The notes beneath the pieces are model-generated. The model worked only from the letters and a program-made list of their open reading frames with translations. It was not told where the DNA came from and searched no databases. Both the position numbers and the translations under genes were made by a program. Below are positions 7,145 through 16,195 of a DNA stretch of 21,303 bases, piece by piece. Positions within the stretch are counted from its first letter, which is position 1. Every line of letters starts with the position of its first letter. This DNA is from a bacterium. GTDB lineage: Bacteria > Zhuqueibacterota > Zhuqueibacteria > Zhuqueibacterales > Zhuqueibacteraceae. The stretch is from NCBI GenBank assembly GCA_044869275.1, contig JBIOXB010000235.1, forward strand, positions 1 through 21,303, given 5' to 3'.

Positions 7145-9133
7145 TTACTTTAACTTCTCCAGCTCAAGCCTCGCCGCCCAGCCTCCGCCGGGCGCCAGAT
7201 GAATTTTGATCGTGTCCTTGCTCGTGACCGAGCGCGTTTGCTTTGTGTAATCGCTGGCATTCCGATCCGCATTCACGCCGTCGGCCCAGTTGGTCAATTG
7301 GTAATTGCCTGTGGCGAGAAAACTCAGGTCGAATTCAAAATCTCTCGGTGTCCAGTTCGTCATCGCGCCGATATACCAAGTATCGCCATGCTGGCGCGCC
7401 ACGATGACATATTCACCCACCTTCGCGCTGAGCGCCCGGGTTTCATCCCAAACCGTGGGCACGGCGGAGAGAAATTCCATGCACTCCGGTTCCTCGAGAT
7501 AATGCGAGGGACTATCCGCCAGCATCTGCAACGGGCTTTCAAAAACCACATACATCGCCAATTGGTGGCAGCGCGTGCCCTGGCTCATCGGCCGGTTGAA
7601 AACGTCGCGAAAATCATTGGCCGTGGCATTGATCATGGCGCCCGGCGTGAAATCCATCGGCCCGGCGAACATACGGATGAAAGGCAGGGTCACATCGTGT
7701 TCAGGTGTGATGTCCTTTGACCATTTATTCCATTCGAGGCCGCGCACGCCTTCGCGCGTCAGAGCGTTGGGATAGGCGCGCTGCAAGCCAGTGGGTTTGT
7801 ACGAGCCGTGAAAATCCACCAGCAGCTGGTGCTCAGCCGCGGCTTTGGCAGCTCGTTCATAAAAATTCACCATCTTCTGATCGTCGCGCTGCATGAAATC
7901 GACTTTAATTCCCTTCGCCCCCCATTTCTGGAACTGTGCGAGCGCGCGGTCGAGATCCTTCTCCAGCGCGTTCCACAACATCCACAGAATGATGCCGACA
8001 TTTTTTTCTTTCGCATAGCTGAACAACTCCTCCATATTGATATCAGGATTGATCTGGAACAAGTCGGCGGGCAAGGTCCAGCCTTCATCGAGAATAATGT
8101 GATCGAGGCCGTAACGCGAGGCAAAATCGATGTAGTATTTGTAAGTGGCGGTATTGAGCCCGGCGCGAAAATCAACGCCATAGATGTTGTTGGCATTCCA
8201 CCAGTCCCACGCCACTTTGCCCGGCTTGATCCAACCGGTTTCTTTCAGCGCGAGCGGGCTGCCGAGGCGGTAGATCAGGTCATTCGTAATGAGATCGCCA
8301 TCATCTTCAGCAATCGCAATGACGCGCCAGGGGAAATCGCGTCGGCCGGCAGTCTGTGCGATGTAATCCGCCGCTTTCACCACGCGCAAGTCGCGATCCC
8401 GGTCCAGACTTTCCTCCAGAGGATAGGGTGGAAACTTGCTTCTTAAGACGGGTTTGCCCTCGCCACTGCCGCGCAGATAAAGTCCGGCATAGTCCAGCAA
8501 ATCCGCTTCGGAGATGGCGAGCTTTGTGCCGTCCGGCTTCACCACCAGCGCCGGCAGGCTGCACATTTGGGTGTCGGCAATATCCTTGATCGCGAGATAT
8601 TTATAAAGCCGTTCTGAGTGCGACATGAAGCTTTCTTCTTCCGGAAAATAGATAGTATCGTTCGCGGCAAAATTCAAGCTGAGTTCTTCATGCCGGACAG
8701 TAATTTTTCCTGGGAGATTTGTGAAAAAGCGATAGGCCACGCCATCGTCATAAGCGCGGAAGCGCAAGCCGTAATTGCCTGAGAAAGTAAGATCCAGCTC
8801 ATGGTAGATATCCGAAATGACTTTTCTTTTTTCCGGCAGCACGGGCTTGATCTCTTCCTTGACAGAGCGATTTTTTGCATCCTTCACCGCCGGTGAAGCG
8901 CCGAGCACGCGATCGTTATCCAACATCATCGCGAGGCGAGAAGGTGCCAGCATCTCCTGGCCATTGTGCCTCAGGGAGAAAGTGATATCGTCCAATACGC
9001 GAATCGTCAACTCGGTTTTCTGGTCGGGTGAGGTCAGCCGGTAAGTTTTTTCCGCGGCAGGCGCAGAAAGGGACAAACTGGAAGCGAGGCTCATATACAA
9101 GATTTTTTGGGTAAAGAAGGTGCTGTTGTGCAT
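7145..9133 (-). CDS. Glycoside hydrolase family 97 (retaining-type motif; alpha-galactosidase/alpha-glucosidase), secreted
   Basis: Motifs FRAYDDGVAYRF, WIKPGKVAWDWW, ILDEGW, GIKVDFM, VDFHG, REGVRGLE, GPMDFTPG and LQMLADSP; N-terminal signal peptide. Confidence 0.95.
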   Translation of the reverse strand: MHNSTFFTQKILYMSLASSLSLSAPAAEKTYRLTSPDQKTELTIRVLDDITFSLRHNGQEMLAPSRLAMMLDNDRVLGASPAVKDAKNRSVKEEIKPVLPEKRKVISDIYHELDLTFSGNYGLRFRAYDDGVAYRFFTNLPGKITVRHEELSLNFAANDTIYFPEEESFMSHSERLYKYLAIKDIADTQMCSLPALVVKPDGTKLAISEADLLDYAGLYLRGSGEGKPVLRSKFPPYPLEESLDRDRDLRVVKAADYIAQTAGRRDFPWRVIAIAEDDGDLITNDLIYRLGSPLALKETGWIKPGKVAWDWWNANNIYGVDFRAGLNTATYKYYIDFASRYGLDHIILDEGWTLPADLFQINPDINMEELFSYAKEKNVGIILWMLWNALEKDLDRALAQFQKWGAKGIKVDFMQRDDQKMVNFYERAAKAAAEHQLLVDFHGSYKPTGLQRAYPNALTREGVRGLEWNKWSKDITPEHDVTLPFIRMFAGPMDFTPGAMINATANDFRDVFNRPMSQGTRCHQLAMYVVFESPLQMLADSPSHYLEEPECMEFLSAVPTVWDETRALSAKVGEYVIVARQHGDTWYIGAMTNWTPRDFEFDLSFLATGNYQLTNWADGVNADRNASDYTKQTRSVTSKDTIKIHLAPGGGWAARLELEKLK

Positions 9134-9157
9134 GTGTTCTTCCGTTTAATCACAGCT

Positions 9158-10657
9158 TCACTGCGTTGCCTGGATCGGCGCACGAACGGCTCGACCAGGA
9201 TATAGCCCACTTAGCAATTGTCCGTCTCTTACCACAGGCACACCATTCACCAAAACATACGGCATGCCCTCAGAATACTTGCCGGGTTCTTCGTAGGTCG
9301 AGCGATCAATCACGCGCTCGGGATCGAAGATGGCAAGATCGGCATCAGCTCCCACGCGGAGACGGCCCTTGTTCTTCATTTCCGGCACGCGCCGCTCGAG
9401 GCGGTGCGCGGGCATGAGCGTCATCTTGCGCAGGGCCTCCATCAAGACCAGTGCTTTGTCCTCACGCACGAACCGTCCGAGGACGCGGCTATAGGTGCCG
9501 GAAGCCCGAGGGTGGCCTTTGCCGTTTTGCAAAATCCCGTCGCTCGCGATTATGGTCAAAGGATGGGCCACGGCGGCGGATACGATATTTTCGGGAATCG
9601 AGTAAACCGCCACCATTCCGCCGGTTTTACGATAACGCGCAAAGCTTTCGGCCGTGAGCCGTTCGCCCGTGGCGACCCATTGCAGATTCTGATATGCGAT
9701 GCCCATCTTCTCTTGCCATCCCTCGTCGAAGATCGCGGACTCGAGGCTCGTCATGCCGGCGGTGTAGGGATAACACTCGGTGGTCACGTCCATGCCGCGT
9801 GACCGCGACGCACTGATCATGGCGAGGAGATCAGGCGTGTCGCGCAGGCCCATGCTCGTCACGTGAACGACGTGCAGCGGCGCTCCGGTGATCGCCGCCG
9901 CGGCAATGACTTCTGCGAGAGCCGCGACGCTATTCATCGGCTCTTTGATGCCGGCATAGCGCATGTGCACGTGACAGGAAGCGCCCCAACGCGCCGCCAC
10001 GCGAAACATGTCGAGAATCTCGAGATGCGAAGCGGCGGCAGTGTAATTAATGCCGAAGCCGACGGCCACCGCGCCGCGCCCCAGCCCATGCTCTAGGCGC
10101 CGCTTGAACTCTTCAATCTCCTGCGTTGAGGCGGCGCGGTGCGCAGCCTCGCCACTCGGCACAAACGTGCCGGGATCACGCATCACGGCCATCCGTACCG
10201 GCACGTGGCCGATGCTGGCGCCATAATTGATCAGCGTTTTCCCCTCCCGCTCGGCATACCAGCGATCGAGGTCCGCCGTCCCAATCTCGAGATCCAACGC
10301 TGTGGTCACGCCATCCCTCGCCTGCGCACGGTGGTGCTCCTCATTCATGTCGTGGACGTGCAAGTCGATAAAACCGGGGGCGACGACTAATCCCCTGGCG
10401 TTGATTGCCGTATGGCCGTGCAAATCTTCAGTGCTAAGGGTTTGGATCACGCCATGCGTAATGCCGATGTTGCGCACGGCATCCAATTGCGATTCCGGGT
10501 CCATGACCCTGCCATGCAAAATGACAACGTCATAGCCTTGCGCCGCGCTGCGCGAAGCGGCGCAGCAGAGCAGTAAACCGGCGCACGCCAGCGGAAGAAG
10601 TTCCGTGAGCTGCAGTAGCCGTGAGGTCACGGTTGTTGAGATTTGCATAATCAACAT
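9158..10657 (-). CDS. Amidohydrolase-superfamily protein (N-acyl-D-amino-acid/D-glutamate deacylase-like), with a signal-like N-terminus
   Basis: Motifs PGFIDLHVH, TTECYPY, IIASDG, GHPRASGTY and KGRLRVGADADLAIFDP. The exact start is uncertain. Confidence 0.85.
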   Translation of the reverse strand: MLIMQISTTVTSRLLQLTELLPLACAGLLLCCAASRSAAQGYDVVILHGRVMDPESQLDAVRNIGITHGVIQTLSTEDLHGHTAINARGLVVAPGFIDLHVHDMNEEHHRAQARDGVTTALDLEIGTADLDRWYAEREGKTLINYGASIGHVPVRMAVMRDPGTFVPSGEAAHRAASTQEIEEFKRRLEHGLGRGAVAVGFGINYTAAASHLEILDMFRVAARWGASCHVHMRYAGIKEPMNSVAALAEVIAAAAITGAPLHVVHVTSMGLRDTPDLLAMISASRSRGMDVTTECYPYTAGMTSLESAIFDEGWQEKMGIAYQNLQWVATGERLTAESFARYRKTGGMVAVYSIPENIVSAAVAHPLTIIASDGILQNGKGHPRASGTYSRVLGRFVREDKALVLMEALRKMTLMPAHRLERRVPEMKNKGRLRVGADADLAIFDPERVIDRSTYEEPGKYSEGMPYVLVNGVPVVRDGQLLSGLYPGRAVRAPIQATQ

Positions 10658-10684
10658 GATTTGTCAACTGCCGCCATCTCTTAT

Positions 10685-10878
10685 GCGATTAGCTTTTCAA
10701 GGTTAGAATAAGAAAATCTGAAAGTTTTTTCGCCGGATGAGAAGCGGCCAACGGATTCAGAATAATCCGTTGGTCGTTGTTGATCCGTTGGATAGTTTTT
10801 TGTCCAAAGCTGCTCCGTAACGAGCTTCGGTTTTCAGCCTGTCTGAAAATAGGTTGTGGTCCATTACAAGTGAAATCT
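10685..10878. repeat. 194-bp structured intergenic element, copy A
   Basis: Shares with 20391-20584 an identical left end GCGATTAGCTTTTCAA, a 22/26 right end, an internal CCAACGGAT inverted repeat and a CGGTTTTCA...TGAAAAT hairpin. Confidence 0.8.
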
Positions 10879-10899
10879 GTGCTTTTCCAGCAAAGAAAT

Positions 10900-10950
10900 C
10901 CAAAGCTCAAAACTCAAAAGCACTCTTGGATTTTGTACTTTGAATTTTGG
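10900..10950. repeat. Imperfect inverted repeat with a 7-bp internal period (CAAAA/TTTTG units)
   Basis: CCAAAGCTCAAAACTCAAAA pairs with TTTTGTACTTTGAATTTTGG at 15/20 positions, just downstream of the RidA gene. Confidence 0.55.
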
Positions 10951-10973
10951 GGTTCCGGCTTGTCTGGGTTATG

Positions 10974-11357
10974 TCATTTTGGAACGACCGCAATACAATC
11001 GACCTCGATCAACATTTGCGGCGGCAAAACCACCTGCACCGTCGTGCGCGCTGGGTAAGGTTCGGTCAAGTATTGCCTGTAAATTTCATTCATTTCGCCA
11101 AAGTGGCGAAGATCGGCCAGGAAAACGCCGGTCTTGACGACATGTTGCCACGACGTTCCCGCTGCTGCCAAGAGTGTCGTGACGTTGTCGAACGTCAGCC
11201 TGGCCTGCTCGGCAAAGCTGCCAAACTTAAATTCGCCGGTGGCAGGATCAACCGGTCCTTGTCCTGAGATAAAGACAAAACCTCCTTCGGCCACAATGCC
11301 AGGAGAATAGACGCCCTTCGGCGGCGCTGCTTTTGCAGAGGTCACTTTTTGACGCAT
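10974..11357 (-). CDS. RidA/YjgF/UK114-family enamine/imine deaminase
   Basis: Motifs YSPG, FISGQGP, MNEIY, PYPARTTVQV (catalytic Arg) and IEVDCIA. GGAG RBS before ATG 11357. Confidence 0.92.
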   Translation of the reverse strand: MRQKVTSAKAAPPKGVYSPGIVAEGGFVFISGQGPVDPATGEFKFGSFAEQARLTFDNVTTLLAAAGTSWQHVVKTGVFLADLRHFGEMNEIYRQYLTEPYPARTTVQVVLPPQMLIEVDCIAVVPK

Positions 11358-11418
11358 GGTCACTCCATACTTTGTCGCAGTGAATCACAGCGCGGCTGAG
11401 CCGCAACCAGAATGGCTA

Positions 11419-11480
11419 CACACGGATCAAAAAACCACACGGAAATTTTTAACTATCTGCGTGGTTTTCTAATCCGCGTG
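11419..11480. repeat. Gene-less 25-bp inverted repeat of the CACGGA family
   Basis: CACACGGATCAAAAAACCACACGGA pairs with TCTGCGTGGTTTTCTAATCCGCGTG across a 12-nt loop. Confidence 0.85.
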
Positions 11481-11571
11481 GAATTAATCTTTGCGGTCTT
11501 GCAAAGATCTCACATCTAGCTGTCTACGCCAGAAACTTTGTTAAAAAAGCTAAGTTTTGCGAGTTTGTATT

Positions 11572-11620
11572 ACAGATTCACGCAGATAAAGAATCTGCGC
11601 GAATCTGCGAAATCTGCGGA
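11572..11620. repeat. Gene-less inverted repeat with tandem ATCTGCG units
   Basis: ACAGATTCACGCAGAT pairs with ATCTGCGCGAATCTGC(GAAATCTGCGGA). Confidence 0.8.
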
Positions 11621-11733
11621 CTGAAACTTTGCTGAAAAGGAAAATTTTGCAGAATTGTATTACGAATACCCTCCTTGCTATCAACCCATCCCGAACGATT
11701 GGGATGGGCTCATGGTTAAGATCAATCTCTTCA

Positions 11734-12927
11734 CTATTCTCGCGCTGGCACGAGCCAAAGCAACGGTTGTCGAATCGGAAAATTCCGCATGATCTCATCT
11801 TCTTTGGGATCGGGATCGAGAGTTTTCCACAATTCAACATATTTCAGCACTGCAAGCGCAATCCCGCCAAAGAGCAGGCTGGGATGACGCACCGGCCACT
11901 GCTCGTGATACATGACATCCGGAGGGTATGGCCATCCTTGCTTGTCCAGTAGATGAGGATACATAAAGGCCAGCGCCTTGCTGATACCGCGTCCATCCGG
12001 CAGCTCGAACCGCCACAGATTGTCGTTCGGTTTCGCCAGGATCTGGCATACAGTTGCCATCGCGTCGAGATTGAAGAGGCTATACCCATACGGTTTGGTT
12101 CTTTCCAATTCGAGAGGGAAGCTCCCGTCTGCAGCAATTTGAGTTGGTACCAGAACCGTTTTGTAACGCTCACGGCAGAAGGCAAGAATTTCTTCATTCT
12201 CGGTGAGACGAGCGAACTCCGCGGCCTGCATGATCCAGCACGTCGCATGGTTGTTTTTGGTGTCTCTCTCTTCTATGCCGTACTCGTGCGTGGTCATCCA
12301 CTTGAGATAATCAGCGAACCAGCGTTTTATGCGGTTCATGCCGGCATCATATTCGCCGCTCAGCGATTCCAGCACCGATATGGCACGTGCGACTTCGACG
12401 AGATGAATGGTGTCGATAATGCCGATGCCTCTTCCACTCACCCGGCCATGAATGGCCTGCGCATAGAGCAGGTGGGGATTCATGCGTGTCTCTTCCTGCA
12501 CGAACCAGGCGCGCAGATGCTCCACGGCCTGCTCGGAATAGCGCCGGTCCTCGGTGATTACGAAAGCCGCGGTCAATGCCGGAACGATCAAGCTCAGGCG
12601 CCGCATGAATTCACGATGATCGGAGAATACATTGGGATTGGACAAACCATCTTTTCTAATAAATGGCCCGCCGGGGTTCTGCGCGTCCGGCCACCAATAA
12701 TCGCCCTCTGAAAAATAGTCGTGCTTGCCGCCGGCGCTGCGTTCACAGCTTGAAGCCGTCACCGTAATCGGGGCTTCATGCAAATACAGATTCGCCTGCC
12801 GCAGAACGCGCTCGCGGTCGATTTCCTTCACCGCAAGAAAGAAATCCTGGCGCTGGTGGCAGGAGGCGTTCAAGCCCAGAAGTGCCATCACCAATGTGTT
12901 TGCACGAATTCTTATTCTTCGTTTCAA
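11734..12927 (-). CDS. Alginate-lyase-family polysaccharide lyase, possibly a lipoprotein
   Basis: Motifs HDYFSEGDYWWP, MNPHLLYAQ, GRGIGIIDT, KNNHATCW and RTKPYGYSLFNLDA. Signal peptide with a candidate lipobox Cys; TTG start. Confidence 0.85.
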   Translation of the reverse strand: MKRRIRIRANTLVMALLGLNASCHQRQDFFLAVKEIDRERVLRQANLYLHEAPITVTASSCERSAGGKHDYFSEGDYWWPDAQNPGGPFIRKDGLSNPNVFSDHREFMRRLSLIVPALTAAFVITEDRRYSEQAVEHLRAWFVQEETRMNPHLLYAQAIHGRVSGRGIGIIDTIHLVEVARAISVLESLSGEYDAGMNRIKRWFADYLKWMTTHEYGIEERDTKNNHATCWIMQAAEFARLTENEEILAFCRERYKTVLVPTQIAADGSFPLELERTKPYGYSLFNLDAMATVCQILAKPNDNLWRFELPDGRGISKALAFMYPHLLDKQGWPYPPDVMYHEQWPVRHPSLLFGGIALAVLKYVELWKTLDPDPKEDEIMRNFPIRQPLLWLVPARE

Positions 12928-12936
12928 GGGATATCG

Positions 12937-14241
12937 TCAGTGCAGTGCATGGGTGATATTCATCGTTCCCTGCGCTCGAATTCTCAGCACGGAGACAGCC
13001 TGTTCTCCGAATATACCTCGCATGCGCTCGAGGTATTCCTCCAAACAATCATTGGGCAAAAAGACTTGAATGGTTCCGGCAAAGCCGCCGCCGTGCACGC
13101 GGCATGCTCCCGCGCCGATTCTCTTCAGATAATCCTCCGTGAACGCGAGCGCCAAATTGAGCCCCTGTTCCGATGGTGATTTGAGGGAATAACTGTTCTG
13201 CAGCCACTTGTTGGAAGAATGGCCGGAGGCATTGACCAATTGCAGGAATGCGCCGAAATCGCCCTGTTCCAAGGCCTGCACCTGCTGCCTCACCCGTTCA
13301 TCATCTTCGAGAAAATGCCAAGCTCTCAAAATCGCGCGATCGCCGGCCGTGGCGCGCAGCGCACGGACGTTGTGCAACAAATCCTTGCGAGCGATTTCCC
13401 GGCACACATTCTTTCCCAAGGCTCGTGCCACCATTTTCATTTCGCTCGGGATGGCGGCATAATCATCGGTCAGGTCGGCGTGACTGCCGCCGGTATTGAC
13501 CACCAATGCGCTGTAATTTTGCGCGGCGAAATCAAAATGCACTTTCTTGAAAACCGGTTTCAGCGCGTCCAGAAAATCAATCGTTACGATGCCGCCAACC
13601 GCGCACGTGAGCTGATCCATCAAGCCGCAGGGTTTGTCGAAGTAATTGTTCTCAGCATATTGGCCAATCAACGCGAGAGTCTCGGGCGCGATGCGGCCCT
13701 GGTTGTACAAATGATTGAGAATGGTTCCCATCAAAACTTCGAAAGAGGCCGACGAGCTCAAGCCCGAGCCGATCGCCACCTCGCTCATGACGCATGCATG
13801 GAAACCGCCGTGCTGCAAATCCAATTCATTGAATCGCGCGGCAATGCCGCGCAGCAGCGCATTTGTGGTTCCGGCTTCATTGGGATCAGGTGCAAGCTCT
13901 TTCAAGTCGACAATGAAAGGATTTGAAAATCCCTCGGAGTAAAGCGTGATCCGATCCTCCGCCGTCTTTGCAGCAGCGGCAATGGCATCCAGATTCACGC
14001 TGGCGGCCAGCACTCTGCCGTGATTATGATCGGTGTGGTTGCCGCCAATTTCAGTGCGGCCCGGTGTACTGAAGAGCTGAATGTCGTCGTCACCGAAGTG
14101 CTGTTGATATTGATCGAGGAGGCGCTGGTAGCGCGCAGCCTGATGCCGGATCGCCTTTTCCTCGTGACCATAAAGTTCGGTCCGCAACGCGCGAAACTTC
14201 GGCTGGTCTAAAAAACTTTTGGTCGCTTGCAGCGTTGGCAT
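12937..14241 (-). CDS. galK: Galactokinase (GHMP kinase family)
   Basis: Motifs PGRTEIGGNHTDH, GSGLSSSA, KPCGLMDQ and RVHGGGFAG. Confidence 0.88.
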   Translation of the reverse strand: MPTLQATKSFLDQPKFRALRTELYGHEEKAIRHQAARYQRLLDQYQQHFGDDDIQLFSTPGRTEIGGNHTDHNHGRVLAASVNLDAIAAAAKTAEDRITLYSEGFSNPFIVDLKELAPDPNEAGTTNALLRGIAARFNELDLQHGGFHACVMSEVAIGSGLSSSASFEVLMGTILNHLYNQGRIAPETLALIGQYAENNYFDKPCGLMDQLTCAVGGIVTIDFLDALKPVFKKVHFDFAAQNYSALVVNTGGSHADLTDDYAAIPSEMKMVARALGKNVCREIARKDLLHNVRALRATAGDRAILRAWHFLEDDERVRQQVQALEQGDFGAFLQLVNASGHSSNKWLQNSYSLKSPSEQGLNLALAFTEDYLKRIGAGACRVHGGGFAGTIQVFLPNDCLEEYLERMRGIFGEQAVSVLRIRAQGTMNITHALH

Positions 14242-14321
14242 AGGCTTTTTTTCAAGGATAATTTCTGCAATTTAAACGGGCCAACTATGGATTGAGAATA
14301 AAACAACTTTCCCCATTCTCA

Positions 14322-14351
14322 AACCGCGAATGGACGCTAATAAACGCGAAT
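14322..14351. repeat. Tandem CGCGAAT-unit repeat arm with a degenerate partner near 14540-14551
   Basis: AACCGCGAATGGACGCTAATAAACGCGAAT, with partial complement ATTAGCGTGCAC. Confidence 0.55.
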
Positions 14352-14399
14352 GAAGCACTTATTGGTACTACAACGTTTTGTCAAGGCCACCACCAGGCA

Positions 14400-14497
14400 T
14401 GTCATCCCGAGGTTTCGGGATCTTCCCAAGCGCTGGGCACAAGTCCGAAATGAACTGCGATACTGCATCATGGGAAGATTCTTACAACAGAATGACA
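14400..14497. repeat. REP-like nested palindrome TGTCAT...ATGACA
   Basis: TGTCAT 14400-14405 pairs with ATGACA 14492-14497; ATCCCGA-N4-TCGGGAT at 14404-14421; ATCTTCCCA 14420-14428 pairs with TGGGAAGAT 14471-14479. Confidence 0.65.
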
Positions 14498-14585
14498 GTG
14501 TTGTTCTTTTGTGCAAATACACAAGATTAACGTCTTAGCATTAGCGTGCACTATGGATGAAAGTTGGAAGTGCAAATAAAAGTCC

Positions 14586-16091
14586 TCACACCTTCTCCGG
14601 CACGACATAGGGTTTACGATACTCGCGTGCGAGCATGCGATTCGCCTCCGCATCGTTGACGAATTTCTCCTGTTTGCCATCGAATTTGAGCTCGCGTCCG
14701 AGACGATAAGCGATATTGGCGAGATGTGGCAGTGCGCTAGAAAGGTGGCCCGCTTCAATCTCGCACGTGAGGTCCTCTCGCTTGCCAGAGCGCAAGGCAG
14801 TAATGAAGTTGTTGAAATGCACGCTATCGCCGGAGCCGGCGAGATTCATGGGATCGTATGCTTCATCCGTGGAATCGGCGCTGGGACCGGGCTCATTCTT
14901 CCGGCCGAAGAACGTTTGCCAAACGCCGCCGGCATCGATTTGCATCCAGCCCTCGCTGCCGAAGAACAGATTGCCGATGGTCATGGCGCCGCTCATCGAG
15001 GCCTGCCATTTGCCGTTGGTTGCCAGCAACATTTCCGCTTTGGTAAACTCGCCTTCGGCATTGGTGAACAGGCCGCGCGTGGCAAACTCGAAAATAGTGC
15101 CATCCGCATATTCAAAAATCGTCGTCTGGGTGTTGGGCGTCTCTTGCGAGGAATCATGCACGAATTGTCCGCCGTAAGATCCCACTTTCACCGGATACTC
15201 TTCTTTGTTCAATCCCCAGCGCGCAAAATCGAACTGATGCGGTCCCTGATTGCCGGTATCGCCGTTGCCGTAGTCCCAGTGCCAATGCCAATTGTAGTGA
15301 AAGCGGTTGCGGTTGAACGGGCGCATCGGCGCCGGGCCGAGCCACATATCGTAATGCACGTTTTTCAAATACGCGGTGGTATACGCCGGCTCTTGGCGAT
15401 TGCTATCAAGGGTCATGGCGAAGCTTTCACCTGCTGCCAGTGGGCCATCGGGATAACGGCCAATATCCCCGCGTGGCTTGAAACAAAGCCCTCGCGCCAT
15501 GTAGATTTTGCCGAGCTTGCCCTCACGCAGGAATTTCATCGCTGCGATCGCGCTTTGGCGTGATCGATTTTGACAACCGACTTGTACCAGGCAATTATAT
15601 TTTCGCGCGGCTTCGACCATCTTGCGGCCTTCCCACACGTTGTGGCTGCAAGGCTTCTCGACGTAAACGTGCTTGCCTGCCTGGCAAGCCCAAATCGTCG
15701 CCAGCGCATGCCAGTGATTGGGAGTGGCAACCGTCACCGCGTCGATTTCTTTGTCTTCAAAAACACGCCGCATGTCGTGCGCGGTTGCGGGTTTGTAACC
15801 CTGCTGCTTTTCGATGCTGGCCACCCGCTCGGCAAAGAGATTCTCGTCGACATCAACCAGGGTCTTGATATGGACGTTGTCGAGTTTGGCAAAACTCTCT
15901 GCCTGGTACATGCCGCGGCCACGAATGCCGATGATGGCCAGATTGAGGCGATCATTCGCGCCGATGATTTTGCGACTGATGGCCGGCGCGGGAAAAGACG
16001 CTGGCATAGCCCCGCTGGCGACCACGCCGGCAGCTGCTTGCGCGCTGCGCGTGAGAAACTCTCGCCGCGTGATTTCATTTGGTGAGGACAT
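14586..16091 (-). CDS. Gfo/Idh/MocA-family oxidoreductase with a twin-arginine signal peptide
   Basis: TRREFL Tat motif, IIGIRGRG, ATPNHWH, HVYVEKP, DMWLGPAP and WDYGNGDTGNQGPH. Alternative start at 16100. Confidence 0.93.
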   Translation of the reverse strand: MSSPNEITRREFLTRSAQAAAGVVASGAMPASFPAPAISRKIIGANDRLNLAIIGIRGRGMYQAESFAKLDNVHIKTLVDVDENLFAERVASIEKQQGYKPATAHDMRRVFEDKEIDAVTVATPNHWHALATIWACQAGKHVYVEKPCSHNVWEGRKMVEAARKYNCLVQVGCQNRSRQSAIAAMKFLREGKLGKIYMARGLCFKPRGDIGRYPDGPLAAGESFAMTLDSNRQEPAYTTAYLKNVHYDMWLGPAPMRPFNRNRFHYNWHWHWDYGNGDTGNQGPHQFDFARWGLNKEEYPVKVGSYGGQFVHDSSQETPNTQTTIFEYADGTIFEFATRGLFTNAEGEFTKAEMLLATNGKWQASMSGAMTIGNLFFGSEGWMQIDAGGVWQTFFGRKNEPGPSADSTDEAYDPMNLAGSGDSVHFNNFITALRSGKREDLTCEIEAGHLSSALPHLANIAYRLGRELKFDGKQEKFVNDAEANRMLAREYRKPYVVPEKV

Positions 16092-16142
16092 TTGAAGCAT
16101 CCTTTCTTTTCAGGTCAGAGTTAAGTTTTTCCGGCAAGGCCT

Positions 16143-16178
16143 TTTCCCAACGGATAGAAACAACACAACGGATAAAAA
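16143..16178. repeat. Downstream arm of the 36-bp inverted repeat flanking the double-domain GxxExxY gene
   Basis: TTTCCCAACGGATAGAAACAACACAACGGATAAAAA is 32/36 identical to the reverse complement of 17018-17053. Confidence 0.92.
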
Positions 16179-16195
16179 GTTTTTGAATAGTATTT

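Noticed and set aside
11385..11640. CRISPR array or tRNA in the repeat-rich intergenic DNA
   Set aside because: The units are 7-10 bp tandem or inverted motifs without unique spacers. No cas genes and no cloverleaf are visible.
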